From an uncultured archaeon (GTDB taxonomy: Archaea > Micrarchaeota > Micrarchaeia > Micrarchaeales > CABMGC01), in assembly GCA_963729635.1 (NCBI GenBank), contig CAVSOP010000006.1, forward strand, positions 156,148-220,147: a stretch of 64,000 nucleotides of DNA, read 5' to 3'. Numbering within the stretch: position 1 is the first letter of the stretch; the number at the start of each line of letters is the position of its first letter. Shown here piece after piece: positions 59,250-64,000 of the stretch. Under the pieces are notes generated by a model, which was not told the DNA's origin, ran no database searches, and saw only the letters and a program-made list of their open reading frames with translations. The translations under genes were made by a program, and so were the position numbers.

Positions 59250-60011
59250 ATGAAAGACACGAAGATCTATTACAAGAAGGTCAAGCTCAGCGACCCGATC
59301 CTGCTGGTCGGGCTCCCTGGGATAGGAAACGTGGGCAACCTCGTCGCCGAGCACCTCAAGAACGAGCTCATGGCGAAGAAGTTCGCCACGCTCTACTCGC
59401 CCAACTTCCCGTTCCAGGTGCTGATGCAGAAGAACGGGAGTTTCAGGCTCGTGAGCAACAGGTTCTACTACTGCAAGGGCCAGAAGGGCAAGAGCGACTT
59501 AGTCATCCTTCTGGGCGACGTGCAGCCTATGACGTCAGAGGGTCAGTACGACGTGAACGAGAGGATAGTCGAGTTCTTCCAGAAGCTCGGGGGCAATACA
59601 ATCTACACGATAGGGGGCTACAACCTGGGCGCCAACCAGTACGTCAAGGCGCCGCGCGTCTTCGGTGTGGGCGCCGACGCGGCGATGGTCAAGCACCTCA
59701 GGAAGCAGGGAGTGGTGCCCCCGCTCGCCAACGGGACCCCCATTTGGGGGTCGGCGGGCATGATAGTCGCCTTCTCCAAGAAGCACGGCCTTAACGCAGC
59801 GTGCATAATGGGCGAGACGGGAATGCTAGACGTCGACGCCAACTCCGCGAAGGCGGTCCTGCAGGTGCTGAGCAAGATGCTCGGCCTGAGCATAGACCTC
59901 AAGAACATAGAGAAGCTCAAGGCCGACACAGAGAAGCTGCTGCAGGAGATGGAGGACGCGACGAAGACGGCCCAGCAGACGGACATGAAGCCGCAGAGCT
60001 ATATAAGGTAG
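59250..60011 (+). CDS. PAC2-family proteasome assembly chaperone-like protein (COG1938)
   Basis: LLVGLPGIGNVGNLVAEHL..., ILLGDVQP, IYTIGGY, WGSAGMIVA pattern, and a C-terminal coiled-coil tail. Confidence 0.7.
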   Translation: MKDTKIYYKKVKLSDPILLVGLPGIGNVGNLVAEHLKNELMAKKFATLYSPNFPFQVLMQKNGSFRLVSNRFYYCKGQKGKSDLVILLGDVQPMTSEGQYDVNERIVEFFQKLGGNTIYTIGGYNLGANQYVKAPRVFGVGADAAMVKHLRKQGVVPPLANGTPIWGSAGMIVAFSKKHGLNAACIMGETGMLDVDANSAKAVLQVLSKMLGLSIDLKNIEKLKADTEKLLQEMEDATKTAQQTDMKPQSYIR

Positions 60012-60024
60012 GGACATCGGGCGT

Positions 60025-60097
60025 GCGCCGGTAATCTAGCCTGGTAGGATACGAGCTTCCCAAGCTCGCTGCCCGGGTTCAAATCCCGGTCGGCGCA
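60025..60097 (+). tRNA. tRNA-Gly (CCC)
   Basis: Acceptor GCGCCGG/TCGGCGC, anticodon stem CGAGC/GCTCG with loop TT-CCC-AA, T arm CCGGG-TTCAAAT-CCCGG, discriminator A. Confidence 0.9.
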
Positions 60098-60101
60098 TCA
60101 T

Positions 60102-60704
60102 TCATTTATTGCGAGCCGCGGCGCAGTACCCGACCGCAGCCTCGATTCCCTTTAGCATCGTGGCAAAGCTCATACCTGGGAAGGTCAGTTTCGGATTTTT
60201 CGATAGGAACTCCTCGGTGAGCGGAAGGTGTATGAACCCGCACGCGAATCCCTCTTTCTTAGACCGTTCGGCAGCCACGAACATTGACAGGTTGCACAAG
60301 TAGGCATCCGGTGCGGAGAGGAGGAGCATTGCGGGTACCCCTTCTCCGCCGAGGCCCTCGGAGTCTATGCTTATGAATATGCCGTCGGGTTCATTCTCGT
60401 CCATGCGCCCTCCTTTTGGGCTGGCGCCGGCGTTATCCTTTTCCGTAGTGAACTTGAAGTTGGCGGCGAGCTTGGTGACTCCCATCTTAGGCAGGCTCCT
60501 GTACAGGCCCGTGCCCAGGACGATGTCCGGCTTGAGCCCGTTTATCCTTGCGGACAGCAGGGTTCCCACTTTACCTTACTCGACCGGCAGGACCGGCCCG
60601 GTTATGCCGCTGCCGCCCAAGGTCTTGCCGTCGAGCGCCCTTACGACCTGCTCGGAAGGGTTCTCGGCAAGGCCCAGGAAAGGTTCGAACCCGTACAACA
60701 GCAC
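60102..60704 (-). CDS. pcp: Pyrrolidone-carboxylate peptidase (peptidase C15), one apparent frameshift
   Basis: (GTG)LLYGFEPFLGLAENPSEQVVRAL... joins ..INGLKPDIVLGTGL...APDAYLCNLSMF (catalytic Cys)...GFIHLP (His). The shift is at about 60575. Confidence 0.75.
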
Positions 60705-60706
60705 TT

Positions 60707-61375
60707 TCAGATGATCGCCAGAAGCATCAATGTGCACAGGAGGAAGCCCGCGACAGAGCAGAAGAAGTTGGATGTGAACTTGTTCCCCATGCCCCTCTCC
60801 TCAAAGTAGCCCAGTATAGAGTCGACTATGTTGCCCAGGAATCCGCAGAGCACTACCACCCCCACATAGGCCATGGGCACGCCCAGCGCGAGCGCGCTCA
60901 TCCCAACTATGCCAGACCCTATCAGGCTGGCCAGCAGCCCTATGCCTGTGACTCCGCCCGAGACGCCCCTTTTGGTCCTCTTCAGGGTCAGGAGGACCAG
61001 CGGCTCACCGTCAAGCACGCCTATCTCGCTGGCGAACTTATCCGCAGTCACCGCGCAGACGCTCGCCAGGTAAGCCAGGGCCAGCGCGTTCGGCGGAAGC
61101 CACCGGTAGGCCAGGTTCAACCAGTACATGAACGCCGCCATCAGAGGCATGGCTCCATTGGCTGCGACGTTCTTCCAGCCCCTGCCCGCCTCGTATACCC
61201 CTATCCCCTGCTTCCTCACTCTCCCTGCGTGCGTGACCGCAGCGGACAGGACAAGGAACAGCAAGAGAGAACCCAGGAACAGCGGTCCGAGCCCTACCCC
61301 GAGGACAAATATCGCTATGCCCATCGCTGCCGCCAGCAATACGCCCCTCATGTCCAAAGTTAGCAGCCTAAACAT
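60707..61375 (-). CDS. DUF92/TMEM19-family integral membrane protein
   Basis: 222-aa polytopic ORF: ...GWKNVAANG..., AVTADKFASEIG..., TKRGVSGGVTGIGLLAS..., GNIVDSILG. Confidence 0.6.
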   Translation of the reverse strand: MFRLLTLDMRGVLLAAAMGIAIFVLGVGLGPLFLGSLLLFLVLSAAVTHAGRVRKQGIGVYEAGRGWKNVAANGAMPLMAAFMYWLNLAYRWLPPNALALAYLASVCAVTADKFASEIGVLDGEPLVLLTLKRTKRGVSGGVTGIGLLASLIGSGIVGMSALALGVPMAYVGVVVLCGFLGNIVDSILGYFEERGMGNKFTSNFFCSVAGFLLCTLMLLAII

Positions 61376-61447
61376 ACAATTCCATCTTTTTGGAAGTTAC
61401 TCCCAAATCCGAAGACTTTTTAAATCTAAGGAACCCATACTCAACTA

Positions 61448-61528
61448 AGTTCTCTTACGTTTCCTTCGGGGAACGTATGTAACTGGTCGCCTTGCCAGCA
61501 CATGTGAACTATGTGCTGGCCTTTTTCT
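61448..61528 (+). ncRNA. Candidate small structured RNA or 5' leader element (two strong hairpins followed by an oligo-T tract)
   Basis: Hairpin 1 (61457-61476) is ACGTTTCC-TTCG-GGGAACGT. Hairpin 2 (61494-61520) is GCCAGCACAT-gtgaact-ATGTGCTGGC, followed by CTTTTTCT. TATA-like TTTTAAAT lies at about 61417-61424. No ORF. Confidence 0.3.
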
Positions 61529-61624
61529 CAGATATTCTTTCGCAAAGTAATTAAACCAGTCACGTTATTCCAAACCTTTAACTTTTTTGCCGTGCATAAC
61601 CGTACACTAATACTGTCGTGAAAC

Positions 61625-62577
61625 CATGCCCAAGGAGAAGAGCGTAAAGGAGATAGAGGACCTGCCTGGGATAGGGCCCGCCACGGCGGAGAAGCTGCGC
61701 GCTGCCGGCTACGACAACATAGAGAAGGTGGCGGTCTCGGCCCCGCACGAGCTCTCCGAGCTGCTCGGGCATAAGCGCCGAGAACGCTAAGAAGGCCATA
61801 GAGGCGGCGAGGCAGGCCACGAACATAGAGGTCGAGACCGCGGCGCAGAACCTCGAGAAGAGGAACCAGATAGGCAGGATCTCCACGGGCTCGAAGAGCC
61901 TGGACGAGCTCCTGGGCGGGGGCGTGGAGACAAACGGCATAACCGAGACCTACGGGAGGTTCGCCAGCGGCAAGACCCAGCTCGGCTTCCAGCTGGCGGT
62001 CAACGTCCAGCTGCCCGTGGGCAAGGGGGGCCTCGACGGCGGGGTGCTGTTCATAGACACGGAGGGCACGTTCAGGCCGGAGAGGATAGAGTCGATAGCT
62101 AAGGCGGCGGGGCTGGACCCGCAGAAGGTGCTGGAAAACATCTTCCTGTCCCGGGCCACGACCACCGACCAGCAGATCCTCACCACCGAGCGCGCGGACA
62201 AGCTGATCAGGGAGAAGAACGTCAAGCTCATAATAGTCGACTCGCTGATGTCCCTCTTCAGGGCCGAGTACATGGGCAGAGGCGCGCTCAACGAGAGGCA
62301 GCAGAAGCTCAACCAGCACATCCACAAGCTCCAGAGGCTCGCGGACTCGAACTCGCTCGCGGTCTACATAACCAACCAGGTCATGGACAACCCAGGCATA
62401 CTCTTCGGGGACCCAACTCAGCCGGTCGGAGGCAACATAGTCGCCCACGCCGCGACCACGAGGCTCTACGTAAGGAAGAGCAAGGAGGACAAGAGGATAG
62501 TCAGGCTCGTGGACTCGCCGAACATGCCCGAGGGGGAGGCGGTGATAAAAATCACCACCAACGGGATAAAGGATTGA
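61625..62577 (+). CDS. radA: DNA repair and recombination protein RadA, one apparent frameshift
   Basis: The HhH domain is [34 protein letters not shown]. Then Walker [10 protein letters not shown], and [36 protein letters not shown]. The shift is in the ggg run at 61767-61769. Confidence 0.9.
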
Positions 62578-62593
62578 GATCGAAGAAGGTCAC

Positions 62594-63365
62594 ATGCTAT
62601 TCCTAATCGGCCTAGGCCTTTCATTCAAGGACGTCTCACTACGAGCCATGGACGCCGTCAAGAAGGCGGACTCGCTGCTGCTGGACCAGTACACCTCCTT
62701 CCTCCCCGAAGGTTACGTCGAGTTCATGGAGAAGGAAGCCGGGAAGAAGGCCGTACGCCTGACCCGGCAGGACCTCGAAGACAACGTGAAGTCCACGGTC
62801 GGCAGGGCCAAAGAGGCGGACGTGGCCATCCTGATCCCCGGCGACCCCCTTGTGGCTACCACGCACCATCTCATCATCAACACCGCAAAGGAAGCTCGGG
62901 ATCCGGGTCGAGGTCTTCCACTCCGCCAGCGCATTCACGGCCGCCATCGGGGAGAGCGGCCTGGACATATACAAGTTCGGGCCCACTGTCACAGTGCCGT
63001 TCTGGTTCGAGAACTACAGGCCGACCTCATTCCTCGACCTGATTGGCAAGAACCTCGAGAACAAGGAGCACACGCTTGCGCTGCTGGACATAGACCAGAA
63101 GGCCCACAGGCCGATGGGCCTTGAAGAGGCGTTGGGGATACTGCGCGCGGCCGAGACGGCGCAGCATAAAGGCGTCATAAATGACGGCCTGAAGGTGGTC
63201 GTCATAGCCAACGCAGGCAGGGAGGGCCAGGAGGTGAAGTACGTATCGCTGGGAGGGATAACCAATGAGCTCGCGAAATCACTCTCTGGCAAGGCGATAG
63301 CCCTGGTGATCCCCGCGCAGATGAGCTTCGCCGAAGAGGAGAACCTCAGGCTCGCTTCCTCTTGA
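62594..63365 (+). CDS. dph5: Diphthine synthase, one apparent frameshift
   Basis: MLFLIGLGLSFKDVSLRAMDAVKKADSLLLDQYTS...AILIPGDPLVATTHHLIINTAKEA joins GIRVEVFHSASAFTAAIGESGLDIYKFGPTVT.... The shift is at about 62895. Confidence 0.85.
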
Positions 63366-64000
63366 CCCCTTTCCTGGCTTCCCAGTAGCGCATGGTGCGC
63401 ACCAGGAACACAGACCCCACCCCTTCCACGAACCATATGCTCGCGACCCTGAACATTATCGTTATCGCTGCCGCGACCCCCAGGGTCACGCCGAATCCGG
63501 CCCCGAAGTACGTGACGAGATACCCCAGGAAAGCGGCGTCGGCGAGTCCGAGCGCCCCCGGCATCCCGCTCACCATGCCCAGGAGCATGGCGGAGGTGTA
63601 GACGAACAGCACGGTGGGCAGCAGCCCTACGCCTATCGGCACCCCGAAGCTCAGGATGACGAAGTAGAGCGCCAACCCGCTCATCAGCATCGAGGGAAGG
63701 GTGAAGACCATCGCGTACGCGTAGGTCCCGCCGCCCAGCAGCTTGTTGCTGTCGAAGTACGCGTCCCCGATCTCGAAGAAGCCGGCGAATCTCCTATTGC
63801 CGCCCAGCAGGCCCTTCAGCCACTCGAAGGGTCCCCTGACGTATATGAAGATGAATGGTATGAGCAGAAGGGCGATTATTGCCAGGGAAACCAGCGCGTA
63901 GGTGTGCACGAGGAAGGCCGATACCAGCGCCAGTATGACGAATCCCAGGAAGTCGGTGAATATGTCCGCCACGACCGCAGGAAAGGTCCGCGCGAACCTG
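63346..64000 (-). CDS. Polytopic membrane protein, UPF0104/flippase-like (LPG-synthase TM region) family; 5' end beyond the right window edge
   Basis: The frame stays open upstream of the listed start (..RFARTFPAVVADIFTDFLG..). Multiple TM helices and a basic C-terminus RYWEARKGVKRKRA. Confidence 0.4.
   Translation of the reverse strand, partial: RFARTFPAVVADIFTDFLGFVILALVSAFLVHTYALVSLAIIALLLIPFIFIYVRGPFEWLKGLLGGNRRFAGFFEIGDAYFDSNKLLGGGTYAYAMVFTLPSMLMSGLALYFVILSFGVPIGVGLLPTVLFVYTSAMLLGMVSGMPGALGLADAAFLGYLVTYFGAGFGVTLGVAAAITIMFRVASIWFVEGVGSVFLVRTMRYWEARKGVKRKRA

Noticed and set aside
1-64000. CRISPR arrays, rRNA genes, IS elements, transposases, integrases and toxin-antitoxin pairs.
   Set aside because: I saw no direct-repeat/spacer arrays, no rRNA-like conserved stretches, and no DDE, tyrosine- or serine-recombinase, or recognisable TA-family translations in any frame.

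Overview
A 64-kb chromosomal window from a high-GC (roughly 60%) archaeon. GC3 is very high, but ATA is used heavily for Ile. The content is mostly core housekeeping. It includes the rpoH-rpoB''-rpoB'-rpoA' operon (split B subunit), trpS, kae1 and bud32, SRP54, PCNA and a PriL-like primase subunit. It also includes orc1/cdc6, three RNase P protein subunits (rpr2, rpp30, pop5), an OB-fold SSB, a beta-CASP RNase and ADP-forming acetyl-CoA synthetase. Further genes are Mre11, prefoldin beta, an Lhr helicase, gyrA/gyrB, TFE, GINS51, L44e, aIF2-alpha, a PAC2-like chaperone, RadA and Dph5. An 11-subunit nuo (complex I-like) cluster is present. There are six tRNAs (Ile-UAU, Tyr, Asp, Lys, initiator Met, Gly), two of them with introns. 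No rRNA, CRISPR array, transposase or integrase was seen.

Many otherwise clear genes carry +/-1 frameshifts. Where I could resolve them, they sit in short homopolymer runs, so I read them as sequence or assembly errors rather than pseudogenes. Coordinates of frameshifted genes are therefore approximate.

The most unusual observations are these:
1. A DHH/DHHA1 phosphoesterase gene is interrupted, just after its DHH motif, by about 1.5 kb of same-strand, frame-compatible, compositionally foreign, low-complexity coding sequence.
2. Two inverted pilin-like (class III signal peptide) LamG paralogues exactly bracket the nuo block. Their ends are conserved and their cores are swapped; one core is low-GC.
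3. A heavily frameshifted tandem AAA+ ATPase has a polytopic membrane N-terminus.
4. A tRNA-Ile carries a UAU anticodon.
5. The initiator tRNA has an 86-nt intron and lies next to an inverted-repeat-flanked AT-rich element upstream of gins.
6. An EncFtn-like ferritin has no encapsulin shell gene nearby.

All homology calls come from reading the translations by eye. No searches were run.
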